In this document: in pieces, positions 50,170-62,899 of the stretch | Numbering within the stretch: the first letter of the stretch is position 1 | Layout: each line of letters opens with the position of its first letter | From: Lama glama | Lineage: Eukaryota | NCBI GenBank assembly: GCA_028534125.1 | Contig: CM052818.1 | Span: forward strand, 11,038,001-11,102,000 | Reading direction: 5' to 3' | Length of the DNA: 64,000 nucleotides | Translations under genes and position numbers: made by a program | Notes under the pieces: model-generated | What the model saw: only the letters and a program-made list of their open reading frames with translations | Told to the model about the DNA's origin: nothing | Databases searched by the model: none

Positions 50170-51512
50170 TAAAATAATTTTTTTTTATTATAGTAACACA
50201 GAATGTACCATCTTAAACATTTTTCGTGTACAGTTCAGTGGTGTTAAATACACTCATAATGTGGTGCAGCCATCACCACTGTCTGTCTTCAGCCATAGTT
50301 CTCAACTCATGCTGCATAAAACCATCATCAGGTAAAACTAGAATTCTCTATCCATTAAATAATAGCGTCCCATTCCCCCCTCCCTCCTGACTACCACCAT
50401 TCTACTTTCTGTCTCTGATTCTGACTACTTTAAATGCTTCACATAAAAGTGGAAACATACAGATTTGTCATTTTTGTAAGGGCTTGTTTCACCTGTGTCT
50501 TCAAGTTTCTTTCAGTTTGTAGCATATGTCAGAATGTCCTTCCTTTGTTAAGGCTGAATAATATTCAGTTACATGTACATACCACATATTGCTTATCCAT
50601 TCATCTACTGATGGACAGTTGGATTGCTCCCACATTTTAGCTGTTGTTAATGCTGCTGCATGAACATGAGTGTATAAATATCTCTTCAAGACCCTGAGTA
50701 CAGTTCTTTGGGGTATAGACCCAGAAGTGGAATTACTGGCTCATATGGTAAGTCTGTTTTTGATTTTTTTGAGGAACTGCCATGCTTTTTTCCACAGTAG
50801 CTGTGCCATTTTACATTCCTACCAGCAGTGTCCAAGGGTTCCAATTTCTTCATGCTCTAGCCAACATTTTTTTTGTTGTTGTTTTTTGGGGGTTTTTTTC
50901 TATTTTTTGGATAGTAGCCATATTAATGTGAGTGATTTGGTATCTCACTGTAGTTTTGAGTTGCGTTTCCTAATGAATAGTGATGTTGAGGATCTTTTCA
51001 TGTGCTTATTGGCCATTTATATGTCTTCTTTTGAGAAATGTCTGTTTGAGTCCTTTGCTCATTTATGAATTGGGTTGTTTGGGGTTCTTTTGTTGTTGAG
51101 TTTCAGGGGTCCTCTATTCTGGATATTAATCTTCATGAGATAAATGGTTTGCAAATACTTTCTTCCAATCTGTGGGTTTATTTTTTATTCTGTTGATAGT
51201 ATATTTTGATGCACACATTTTTTGAATTTTCATGAAATCCAGTTTCTCTATTTTTCTTTTGTTGCCTGTGCTTTTGGTGTCATATCCAAGAAATCATTGC
51301 CAAATCCAATGATGTCATGAAATCTTGTCCTGTATTTTCTTCTAAGAGTTTTATACTTTTTGGTCTTATAGTTTGATTTTTGGTCCATTTTGAGTTAATT
51401 TTTATATATGGTGTTAGGTAAGGTTCCAACTTCCCTCCTTTTTCAGTGGATATTCAGTTTCCCCAGGACCATTTGTTGAGAAGACTGTCTTTCCCCCATT
51501 GTCTTGGCACCG
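50170..51512 (-). mobile_element. L1 (L1MB-like) 3'UTR and ORF2 C-terminus, 5'-truncated
   Basis: ORF 50501-50689 (YTHVHAAALTTAKMWEQSNCPSVDEWISNMWY) resembles the ORF2 C-terminus; tgtacagttcagtgg-type 3'UTR. Confidence 0.92.
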
Positions 51513-51579
51513 TTGAATCACTTGATTTCTAAAAACAATATATATATATATGAGTCTAAAGAAAATCATATTAGGAAGA

Positions 51580-51665
51580 TGCTATTTTGCCACAGATGAG
51601 GACACTGTGACTCACAGAAGTTAAATATCATGCCAAAGATGATACAGAAGACTATCTCTGAATCA
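51580..51665 (-). mobile_element. MIR core fragment
   Basis: acagatgaggacactgtgactcacagaagttaaatatcatgccaaag. Confidence 0.6.
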
Positions 51666-52714
51666 GCATCTCAAGTCTCAAAGAAAGAGCTTATCTTGAG
51701 GACAAATTATGGTTGATAGGCCTAGTCCACACATAGGAGTTTTAACAGTGAAAGTGGCCACAAGGCGGTACTAATTGTGCTTCTAGGCAAAAGGTTGTAT
51801 GACAAGCCATAGGAGGAAAATGCACCTGTCAGTGTCAACGACAATGCACCACCCTTGTTTCTCCACGTGCACACACAGATGTTTACACTGTGGCCAGGAA
51901 GGCTTAGCCTGTGGTAGAATTCTGGGATCCATTACGGCTGCCATGGGCTCATGCACAGGACCCCCAGGGTGTCTGAGAAAGCATCACATGGGCTCGAGGA
52001 GGGTATGCCCAGCCTCAGACCACCTGGGAAACAGGGTACTCTCACAAACTTCCATGTGTGTGGAGAAAGATGTCATTGGAACACTGAAGCTTTCTTCTAG
52101 AAACAAGCATTTAATCAGGGTACATTTTCGACCATGAAAGGAATAAAATATTAACTTAAAAATATTATCCAACCTCGCATGCAAAACCATATATATATGT
52201 TGTTACCAAACAAGAGCCATGTAGTATAAATGCCCAATGAAGAAGAACTGGGGATGGAGCCTGAAATACGGACCCAAGGGGCGCTAACATAAAGCAGGTC
52301 TTCCTTCAATATCCATGCGGATTTGGAATATCTGAGCACTTTTCTACTCTCCAGATGCTAGATGCTCCATGTCTGTAATCACCACAGCCCCTTACAACAC
52401 CACTGTGAGAAGCCCCACACCTTTCCACGATACAGTTTCTTCCGTGTGCTAGACTGCGTAGCAAAAGGAAAGGTCCTCAGTGACCTGGACTGCCCCTGGC
52501 CTGCAGAGTCAGACTGAACTCCTGGCCTGTCCCAGACCTGCCGAGGGATCAGACATTGATCCTCTGAAACAAGCAGACCCCTTGCTAGAGTGGTTGGTTC
52601 AACAGCAACCTATGGGTGTCTTCCTGAGGGCCCTGGGATTAAAAATTCCAGCTCATTTTTTTCATCTTTATTTTTTTCTTCTGTACACTCAGCCTTGACT
52701 TCAGAGTCTGGTTT

Positions 52715-52808
52715 GATCTACTGGGCCTGGTTTAGCCTGTATTTACACTCTGCAGCCTGTGGAGCACAGAGTATGGTGTTCATTCAGTTTAATCAATGAA
52801 TGAATGCT
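52715..52808 (+). mobile_element. L2 3' terminus
   Basis: gcacagagtatggtgttcattcagtttaatcaatgaatgaatg. Confidence 0.5.
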
Positions 52809-54349
52809 GTGCTGCTTCAGATTGGTTAATTCCGCATCTGACGTTGATATTAACTGTCCTCTGGGGGTAACGCACTTCAGTCTTACTTTGTGCTCTGGCC
52901 TCAGCCCCATGTTAAACATGGTGGGGTCCAAGTTCTATACCTGGTTCTTGATGTAATAAACCATTTCTAAATCATGATACCCAGACAGATGCCATCTGCC
53001 AGGCTAGGTCCTTTAAGCTTGTCTAAAATCCACCACGCCTCCTCTCTGTAGACCCTTGCTCTGCTCCCTGAATTCAGGTTTTGCACCAGGCAGTAACTGT
53101 TGATGGGTTGCTGATGAGCATAGTCTCCCCATTGTTCAACATAAGAGTCTCTTCTTTAAAAGTTTACATGCACTCTCTGAAAATACTGCTTTTTATGCAT
53201 ATAATGAATTTACTAAGAAATGCGTCTCTATTTGAGAGAGACAGAAAGAAAAAGAAATGGAAAGGAAGAGAAAAAAATTGATGAAACCATAGAGAAAGAC
53301 AAAATCAGCTCTATTGAATTCTAGATTGCCATCTTGTCAAGATTTTTGCAAGATTCCTCTGCCACTCTTTCAATTTTCATTACTTTCTATTTTCCATGAA
53401 TAAGCATAGAAACAGGTTCTAATTTTACCAGAGGCTTTTCATCAAATCAGACTTTTTATTCTCCCTAGGTTATCCTTGTCACAAAAACGTCTCTTTTCAA
53501 AGCTTGCATAATATTAGCTAGCTCTAGTAGGGTATCGCTTCTTGCACCCACACAGTGAAGATGCAAACATTATTCTTTAACCTGACTCAAGTTATCTTTC
53601 ATCACAGACACTGACATTCTTAGTAGCCAGAATCTTCACAGAACCTCTGAGTTTTATGAAAAATTTCCTTAATTACTGGCTGTGCAGACGTGAACTTTTT
53701 GAACTTAAAGCAGGTCATATCTGTCTTCAGTGTTTTGAGGAACCTTGGATGTTTGATGCTCCTATTTCTAATCTGGTATAATGAAGAATTTTCTACCTCC
53801 GAAGGAGACTTGTCTACAGAAGGACTTGCCACTCCTCTCTAGCACAGTGACCACGTAACAGCTCACTCTTTCTCACTGGGGCCACTTGGGGTGGTCTGAT
53901 TTTATTGGAGAGAAATGGTGGAAAGGCTTTACAGAGGACCAATTTGCAAAGAGCTGTTCTATATAAGCTCACAGTCTTGGTGTCACTATCCTCTATACAC
54001 TGAAGGATGTGTCCCTGCACTCCAGTCCCAACTCTAATGGTGAGGAGGAAAGGGCTAAGAGACAGGGATTGAGGCTTCTCATTCCTCACTTATAGGAGTG
54101 GTTTCTAAGATCTTCCCTCTCCCCAAAATGGACAAATCTGCTTTCTTACACTTCTCTTAGGAGTGACAAGTGTGTACTTCTGCAGACTCTAAATGTAGGT
54201 GGACATTTCGAGCATGTAGTTGGCTTGAACTCCATTGTTACTCTCTTTCTCTTAAAACTGAGGTTACAGAGCACTCTTAAAATGGAACAATTAATTAACA
54301 TATATCCATTAAGGATTTGCTCTATGTTAACTTTGACAAAAAAGAGTTC

Positions 54350-54600
54350 ACAGTATAATATCACAGTGGAGAATGCATGGACCTGCCATCTGAAGGCCTG
54401 AACTCCAGGCCAGGTCAAATGCTAACTAGTTGTGTGGCTTTAACTCCTTCAGGGATTTATTTATCTCCTCTGGACCTTGGTTTTCTCATTTGAAAATGGG
54501 ATACTGATTCCTGAGATTTTTGCAAGATCTTACTAAGATAATATAAGTAAGACATTTCTCATAATGACTGGCATGTATTAAGCTCTCAATAAATATTTGG
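54350..54600 (+). mobile_element. MIR SINE
   Basis: actagttgtgtggcttt...ccttggttttctcatttgaaaatgggat...ctggcatgtattaagctctcaataaatatt. Confidence 0.75.
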
Positions 54601-54639
54601 GATGATTTCACACATAAGTGTAAAGGGACAGTATTTCCC

Positions 54640-55260
54640 AACCAAGTCTGCTAAGGTGAGGGCCAAATTAAGGGTATGGCTTGTAAGGTATTTGAGAGTT
54701 CAGAGTAGATGAAAAATGTGATTAGCTGGAGCAGTCAGGAAAGACTTCAAGAGGCTAAGGCGGAGCTTTATCAAAGGGAAGGATTTGGAAAGGTAGATGT
54801 AAAGTAATCCAGGGAAGGCCAGTGCCACGATCCACAATGGAACTGTGGGAAGTCCAGGTGATTATGGAAAACAGTGAGGAAATGACTTGCCTGGGTCAGG
54901 AACTGAGAAGGGGACCACTGAACATAAGCCTGGAAACCTGGGGGTTGGGGGGGCTAAGATTATTCTTTTAGGAAGAAGAGAGAGTTTAAGATTTCGGCAT
55001 GAGGTGGATGATTAATTAATGACAGGAACAGTGTAGGGAGGAAAATCAGATGGTGTAAATCAGGAAACTTAGAGATGGGCAGGTAGGAGGGATGCCATTG
55101 GCAGAGTTAGGATGTTACATGAATGGTGGGATAGGAGATAGAAAAAAAGATGTCTATTTCTGGATGTGTAACACTCAGAAAGAATTAGTAAACCTTAGGT
55201 TATGAGTAGATAAGAGTAGGAGGAATAAAGAAAAGCCTCACAGTTGATTCTGACCCTTTG
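54640..55260 (-). mobile_element. L2 fragment (purine-rich on + strand)
   Basis: cagtcaggaaagacttc, ggatttggaaaggtagatg and ggcaggtaggagg. Confidence 0.55.
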
Positions 55261-55769
55261 CTTTTTGCATAACAGGAAATGGTAGCCCACTTAACACAAA
55301 TAGGGGAGTCAAGAGAAAGAGCTGACTCTGGAAAGGAAAAGTCACATAGAAAAACAGGTGGTCCGTTGCCCACATTTCACTTCCTGTGTCCCTAAAGGGT
55401 CTGAAATGAAGTGAGAACATAGTGTCAGTGAATTCCAACTGGGTTATATAAGATATTTTGAATATGAAACAAGATGTAGCATCTTTTCTACTCATGGCAA
55501 GGAGGGCTTTTTGCCAAGCAGTGCTGGAACAGCACATCTATTTTGTTGGGCTGAGTCACTGTGCCTTCAGAAACGGTTCTAATCTCAGCTCTGTATGATG
55601 GCTGTGGAAAAGTTTACTTCCAGATTTTTTTTTTTTCCTGAATCTTAGGGGTTTTTCCACCCCCTTCTCTGTCTCTCTCTCGAAAAGGAATATAATGACA
55701 TCAGCTTGTCCTCCACTGCCACTGCAACACATTTTGAGAGAATTTCACATATTACCGAGAACATGTTCA

Positions 55770-55860
55770 AGGCGCCTCTTCTGGTTGCACCTGCTGGGTC
55801 CTCCCAGGATGCACTGCGGGTGCCTGCGCGGCCGGAAGTATCGCTGAGCGGGGCGCCTTT
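55770..55860. promoter_or_regulatory. CpG micro-cluster with ETS site (candidate promoter/enhancer)
   Basis: 7 CpG in 55817-55855; CCGGAAGT at 55832-55839. Confidence 0.4.
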
Positions 55861-57239
55861 ATTGATGTGCCTCTTCCCCCTGGGAGAGTCTGAGCTAGGC
55901 AGGGACTATGCTTCTTCATCTTAATAATCCTCATGTTTAGCATGCAGAAAGTGAAAGCATGAATTAACGAGTGAAATGTGTATTTCATTTGCCCATAGGA
56001 TGGAGGACCCCCCCCCCCAACCTTGGTTAAAAATCTGGCTTCTCTTTGATGGGCTCAGCCCCTTTCTGAGAGAAACACAAGGCAACTGGAAATGGTTGCC
56101 TCCTCCTGATGCTTTCCTTTTTCTTACTTATAAATACAGTAGCTTTTTACTTAAGGAAGTAGTGTAACACTTGTGAATTTCAGTAATACCCTCACTAAAG
56201 GACAGGGTCAAGAAATGAGGCCTGAGCTAGAGGAGAACCCAGTTAAGTAATGATGCCATCAAGAGCGCACCATCAACATACTTAGAAGTCCAGGCATTTA
56301 ATGCGTTGCACACTTTCTTCTGGTAATATTTGCATCTGCATGACGTGGTCATACGGGCATTTGGGGAAAAAACCGAGTATCTCTTTGCCAAGTGGCTGTT
56401 TAAGTTTGTTGGAATATAATGACGTGGACTTCTGCAGAGTGAGACTGAGTGGGAAGAAGGGAAATGGAGGGGTCTGAAAGATATTTCTTGGTCATACATT
56501 TTGAAAACCATGTATAAGACTAAGGAGTGGCATTTTTATACACCGTGGTATTTCTTGTTTTTAGACCAGACTAAGACTGGTCTTCAACAATGGGTGGATG
56601 TACTGATTGTTTTTAACTTTCTCAATTTTCATTACTTTTCATTTTTGCATTTTTGGGGCAAGTACTTGGAATGGACTAGGAATTTCATAATACAGGGGAA
56701 AGAAAATTAATAGTAACAAAAATATTTTGCTAATTGATAATGATTAATAGCAAGATGGTTTGCAAATTGGGTAAGAAAACCAAAAATGAACTCAATGTTT
56801 GTGAGTTGAAGCCTGAAGAGGATAATAACTGCATCATAAAATAGCTAAAACATCTCAAAATTCCCAAGGCTTGTGGGTAGAAGCAGCTTATAAAACTCAA
56901 GCTTCTGATCTCCTATTAGTTCTGGTTTATATTTTAACACAAATACAAATGTGTTAATTATAGAAATTGTGATGAGACTTGCAGAAATAACCAACAACAA
57001 TAAAATCCTTTGGCATCATTTTATTACTTCATATATTGGATAAATATCAAGAATCAGGCTGGTATTTTGATAGTTTTGGCTTTGTCGTGTGTGAGATAGT
57101 GTGCCGGTCTTTCAGCATAAAAGGCAAGAAAACACATGTAGCCCGTGTGTAATTAACTATGGAACACAAGAGTACATTATCATTGGTTTACAAGTGAGTT
57201 TCCAAACTGCTATAGCTGTTTTTTTTTTTAATCAGAATT

Positions 57240-57690
57240 TATATCAGTAAGGAAAGAGGAAATAATCATATTTCAAGCAGAAAGAATTTAACACAGGAAA
57301 TCGGGAACTTAAAAAATGGTGGAAGAGTTAAAGCTCAAGTTCTAGACTGAGTCTTCAGGAGTATATCTCAGAATGGCTTGGGCTCTCCAGAGCAGCTACA
57401 TCCTCTAAAGCTGCCAGTGTAGCTAAAAAAGGGAATGGAGTTAACAAACTATTCCTGCCACTGTAAACATCCCAGGGCCTGTCAACATATTCAGGAAACT
57501 GGAAAATTGAGCAATGCCTAGTGTTTTCAGGGCCTTCACCTTTTTCTTCCTCTTAAGTCTCCCAGGTATAAATTGTACTGAACTTAATTTTTGTTGAACT
57601 CTAACTGCAAGGGAGACTGGGAACATAGTTTTAGTTTTCTAACGTCTTCAAATAGAAGAAAGGTGAAACAAAGGCTGAATGGTCCAAGCC
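57240..57690 (-). mobile_element. ERVL-class LTR (LTR33/LTR41-like)
   Basis: tatttcaagcagaaagaatttaacacagg and ctaactgcaagggagactgggaacatagttttag. Confidence 0.6.
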
Positions 57691-58429
57691 TTCGTACCTC
57701 TGGAGAACTGGAAACTAACAACTATTTGTGGCCTTCTGCATTCAGACAATGGCCCAGAAACCTTAACTGCAACGCTTTAATTGATTTCATTTAATTAGAG
57801 GAGCAGCAGGTAGTGTTTGACTTAGGCCTAGAAGGATGGGTGGATGATTAATGGATGAAGATGTTTTGGGGTAGGACAGATGTTTTGGGGTAAACCAGGC
57901 GTAGGAGGTAGCATTATTGCCCTGAACACTAAAAAGGACACATTTGGGTTTGGGGTGGCAGCTTCTGATGCCAGTACCAGGTCTAAGAAGAGCACTTTAA
58001 GACATTAGAGGTGATGGTGGTCAGGGGCCCAAAACTTTCCTCACTAAGATCAAATCTACCAAGAGGGCTCGGAGGACTAAGAGTAGATAGCTATCTCTCT
58101 GCAGTTCTCTACATCTTTCAACTACATGGAAAATTGCTTCTCCTTTGAGCCCTAACTCAAGTTTTTTTAATCAAAATTTTACCAGCATTTCTTGCCAAGA
58201 TGGCATTTTTTGCCTCCAAACTCCTATAACATTGACTGTCCCCGCCACGTGGTACTCAAATATAACATCCTCATTTTGCTCAGCAGTCGGTTCTTGTGTA
58301 TTAGAATGGTGTCTCTACGTTTAGTGTTTTTCACTTTCCCTAAAGGGAAGGAAATATGGTGTCTATTGTTTTGTTCCCCTCACCTCCACCGCGTTCTAGG
58401 CACCTGTACTTCCTTGGCAACCGGGCTTC

Positions 58430-58960
58430 TAGTACAATTATTTCGTCTGTGTTTTAAAATGGAATTTCTTAGTCTTTTAGTTTCTTCTCTTCTTCCCTCC
58501 TCTCACAATGCCTTTGTGCCTTTGTTCATGACTTGGCCGATGCTCCAGGCTCTCTGGTCCCCTCTCAGAGTTCCCTTTGTCCTTATTACTCTCTCACTTA
58601 CAGTGGTTTCTTCATGCTCATCTTTACCCTAAGCCAGTCACTCCCTGCTTTCTGTATTTCCTTTCCCCATCCTAGTTTAGTCTCTAACTTTGGCTCAGTT
58701 CCCACCTCTTCTATATTTTTGTACTTTATCCCATTTGTCTCCTTAATTGGGGCCCCTAGTTTTGTTTGTTTGTTTCTGCCTCTGCATCTGTCACCTTCTG
58801 TGCTTCCGTTGTTTACTGCGCTCTCTATACATATACTGTCTCCATTTTTATTTTTTCCTTTCTGCACTTCACACATTCTTTCTCATTCTGTACCACTCCC
58901 TTCACCCATCTCTGCTATGTTACCTTTCTGTTTATATAGCCATGTCCACATAAAGCCTCT
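58430..58960. repeat. Pyrimidine-rich low-complexity tract
   Basis: C/T bias, which explains the long F/L/S/P-rich spurious ORFs here. Confidence 0.7.
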
Positions 58961-59269
58961 CAGCCTTTCCAGCCAACAAGGGACTTCACCCTTTACCTAC
59001 TTGTCTCTATCCAGGGCTCAGGACCTCCTTTGTCAGATGCAAAGTTCCCAGCATCTATCACCTCTAAAACCAGGTCAACTCACTGCTGCACTTTTTGCAA
59101 AGATAATTCAGTATAGGAACAATCTGTATTGAATTTCAACCTGGAGGAGTTTAACAAGAGTCTCAACATAGAGCTGTCCTGTCTATGACATAGATTCATG
59201 GTTTGCCAGCTGCTTCTGGAGACATCTTCAGAGGAAAGATTCTTCCCTTTAGTCCTACAGTGTCTGAAA

Positions 59270-59545
59270 TGTATATACACATACATGCATACACACATAT
59301 ATACAGCATGGGACTTCACTCTCCATCCATGAATGTATGTGCTTTTATATATGCACACACACAGATGCACAATACATATATAAACATAAACACACATATC
59401 TAAAATATACATATACACATTGTATATCTGTATGCATATATAATATATAACACTTCTGTATATAACATGTATGCAGCATATATGTTATATGTATGTATAT
59501 ATGTGTGTTTCTTGTATATGCAACATGTATGTATGTGTGTTTCTT
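59270..59545. repeat. Degenerate (TA/CA/TG)n purine-pyrimidine low-complexity repeat
   Basis: Directly visible. Confidence 0.85.
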
Positions 59546-62500
59546 ATAGTTGAAATTATGGAAATTGAGCTAAGCATTCAATCAGGGCTTTATAATGAGA
59601 ACAGGAGATAGTCTCTATCAAATTCAAGATGAGCTATTTAGAGAATAAAAACTAACTAACAATGCTGTGAAATTTTATCATATGTTAAAGATATTTAAGC
59701 CATCTCACATTACATTCTTTTATTTCTACCAACTGACTCTTATTGTTGCTTTGTTTCTTTATACATTTTCTTTAATCACATAAAATATTCCTGTGAACTG
59801 ATGATAAACATACTAGAAGGGCAGAATGAAGGCAGGTTGTATTATCTAAATTTCCAAGGAGAGAAAGTAGGGCAGGACCTGGTGGAATTACTTACCGAAC
59901 TCATGCTAGCAAACAGGTGAGGACCTGACACCCAGCCAGTGCCCCTCCTTCTCCTCTCACATCACTTCTCATCCACATTTCTTGCCCCAGTTTAGGAATT
60001 GTCCAAACTCAAAACTGTATACCTCAGGATCCACATTGGGATCAGGCTGGAATTACAGGTCTTTATTTTCCATGTTTAGCTAAATAAAGTCTGACTTTAG
60101 AAGCCAAAATTACAAAAATGAATGCAATAGCTGTAATGGATTGAACTATCTTTTAAGTACACATGTTTAGACATTTGGCAAAGTAGGAGTTGAGGCAAAA
60201 GGCATTTGTTGAACCCCAGTTATTTTCAATACCACAGATATTTTACACAGCAGGAATTTAGGAGGAATTTTCACATACTAAGTATATTCTCCATACAAAT
60301 CAATATTAGTAGTAATTATAAAATTGTTTACTACCAAGAAACCCATGTACATTTTAGAATTTGTGTGTCATATTTCACTTCCTGAGGGGTGTAAATATGA
60401 ATCATTTATGCCTGTGTTTGGAAGAATTAGTGTTAAAAGACTTGTTTTGGCTTGATAGAGGCATTGGAATCCACAAGATATTTGAAAAGCTCAATAAAAA
60501 CAGATGAAATATAAATTATATTTATAAACTCTATCAGAACACAAAGGTCACCCAAAGCTCTCCTTTCTGCTCACCTTAGTTTCAGCAGAGTTTCAACCTG
60601 GCAAGAAGGTAGAAAGTGATTAAAGAATTCACTACAATATAAAGTTTAGCTTGCAGAATTTCCAGGTTGATAACAGGAAGAATCAAAGGCTCAACCAGTT
60701 GAGGATGTTGAGATGAGTCTGCAAAATATCTTACTTTGAAGATACCTGATTTTGCTCTTTGCAGACAGCTGTCCCAGCCGTGTCTTCACTTCTGCCCCTT
60801 AATGGCCTGCCCTTGGGATTTTGCTGCAAACCACTTCAGAGACTGACTGGAATGGCTTCCCAACACCAGTCAACCCTGCTTTTCCTCAGCACTGCTGATC
60901 TGGATGACCTTGCTGATACATATTAATGGTGCAAATTCCTATGCTCAAGGAAAAACATGATCTCAATTTGGCTACATATTAAAAGCGCCAGTCCCTGTTG
61001 TCTTACCTAGCACTCTTAATTGCGTACATTTAGCCCGCAATTGGAGAATAATTTTGCTTCAGATTGAAAAGAAACAGCTCTGGCCTTGGTTATTTTGGCA
61101 TACAAGTCTCCAATATGACTCTGTTTTCTAAGCAGACATTAATGATTCTAAAACTAATATTCATTGTTTGAAGAGGCACAGCGGCCTTGGCATTTACTTA
61201 ACCTTTTGTCTCATGTATGAGACTGAGTCAGCCTAAATCCTTTTCTTAATTAATATCTTTTCTTTTTATGGCCAGCGTTATTTATTGAACAATTTGCATG
61301 TAACAATTAGAGCCATGAGAGCTTAAGAAAACTCTTCCAGCTCAGAAGTCCACCTTTTCTGATTTTTATTTATGTGTTTTTAAGGTTGTTCTGATTACAC
61401 AAACTTAAGGAAAGCTTAGCAGAAGCAGTGGGGGAATAAGTTACTGCAGATACATCTTATGTGGTGATCCCACCTGCTGGAGCCCAATGGGAAAGAAGGA
61501 AAAGATTCCTTCATTTTGAAGAAAAGATGTGATTTATGTAAGAAAACTGCAGCCCCTTTGCAAAGAATGTGGGTTCATTTTAATCGAAATATCTTCAGAA
61601 AATTCACATAAATGTTAGCCATTGTTTATAGGGGTGAGGCATAGCTCTAAATAAATATACTCAAGAAATGGAGTGTCATATTTAATGTTTTTCTTTAAAA
61701 ATAACAGGAAAAAAGTAAAAGTAATAAACTATTAAAAAAATTCATCTATGACCCCCAAAATTGAATGACTATATGCCATCTTCCTTCAAATTCCTGTCAT
61801 ATAAATTTGACACAAGTATAATCATAGTATAGAACAGTGTTTTTGTATATAGTTTGTCTTTCATTTTTATTGATGTATTGTTTTCAATTTGTCGTATTGA
61901 ATAGGTGCATAATATTCAAGTAATTGGATGTGCTCAGTAACTAAATCAATCCCATTTTGGGGGTACTGTATTCTTTATAATGTTTTGTTATTTAATGTAA
62001 TATTGCAATAAACACATTTGAAGAATATAGCTTGTCCACTCGTTGCCATAGAAGTAGAATTATTGAGTGAAGCAGAATTTTTTTTCATTTCTTCCTTTTT
62101 GGTAACAATATTTCACAGTATATTTTGGTCCTAACCATGTAGAGGAGATTGGTTTGACAACCTTGCCTTTGCTGCATATTATTTGAATTTTTGAAGTTAC
62201 ACTAAATGGAATTGAGTAAAACACATACAGTCCCTTGATAATTTAGAGTTGATGGTCCCAAAGCCAGAATTTATTGTTTCAAATCATGTTATTCAGAAGC
62301 TTGATTCTTCTTCTTAATTTAGACAGCACATTGAGCAAAACCAAATCTTTTTCATCTTTAAGGTGCTTCCAGGACCTCAAGCTTACTGTTAAATCGCTGG
62401 ATGCCAGTAATAATCTAAGACTCCAGGTGGAAGTGTAGAAGGTGTAGAAGATGTTTCTGAAGGTATATTGATTTATATTTTGACTTGTATTTAATATGAA

Positions 62501-62899
62501 CTTATGATGTGACTTTTTCCCCCTTTCTGAGAGGAAACCAGAGGGTGCAAACTCCTTATTTGAAGGCTCTACTGAATCAAGATTTTACTCCAGAAAACGC
62601 AATTTTTTTCCTTTCCCAGTTGGCATCTCAAAGACATTTCAAGTACCCATATTACCAGATATTAAGCACTTCAGTAAGAAATTATCTAAATATCCCCATT
62701 TGCTCCTTAAAGACTTCTTGCAGGCTCTTTTCAGATTTGCCTGTGGAGTGCATATCTTCCTGCGCACATCACTGACTTTACTCAGGTAGTAGAAACACCT
62801 CTGTGTGATTCCAGTGCTCTCAGCACATGGCAGATAAGAACTCCAGCTCATTACAGTATCATGGTACATTTTTTTCGAGGAAGTAACTTCTAGAAAAAG

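Noticed and set aside
57859..57892. 15-bp direct repeat agatgttttggggta as a TSD
   Set aside because: Only 4 bp between copies; an ordinary local duplication
58192..59132. 146-aa and 199-aa ORFs as membrane proteins
   Set aside because: F/L/S/P bias follows from a pyrimidine-rich tract lacking stop codons; non-ATG starts; no recognisable domain
62363..62462. Coding exon (tttaag|GTG...GAAG|gtatat)
   Set aside because: All three frames contain stops and the donor is weak; at most a non-coding exon, unsupported
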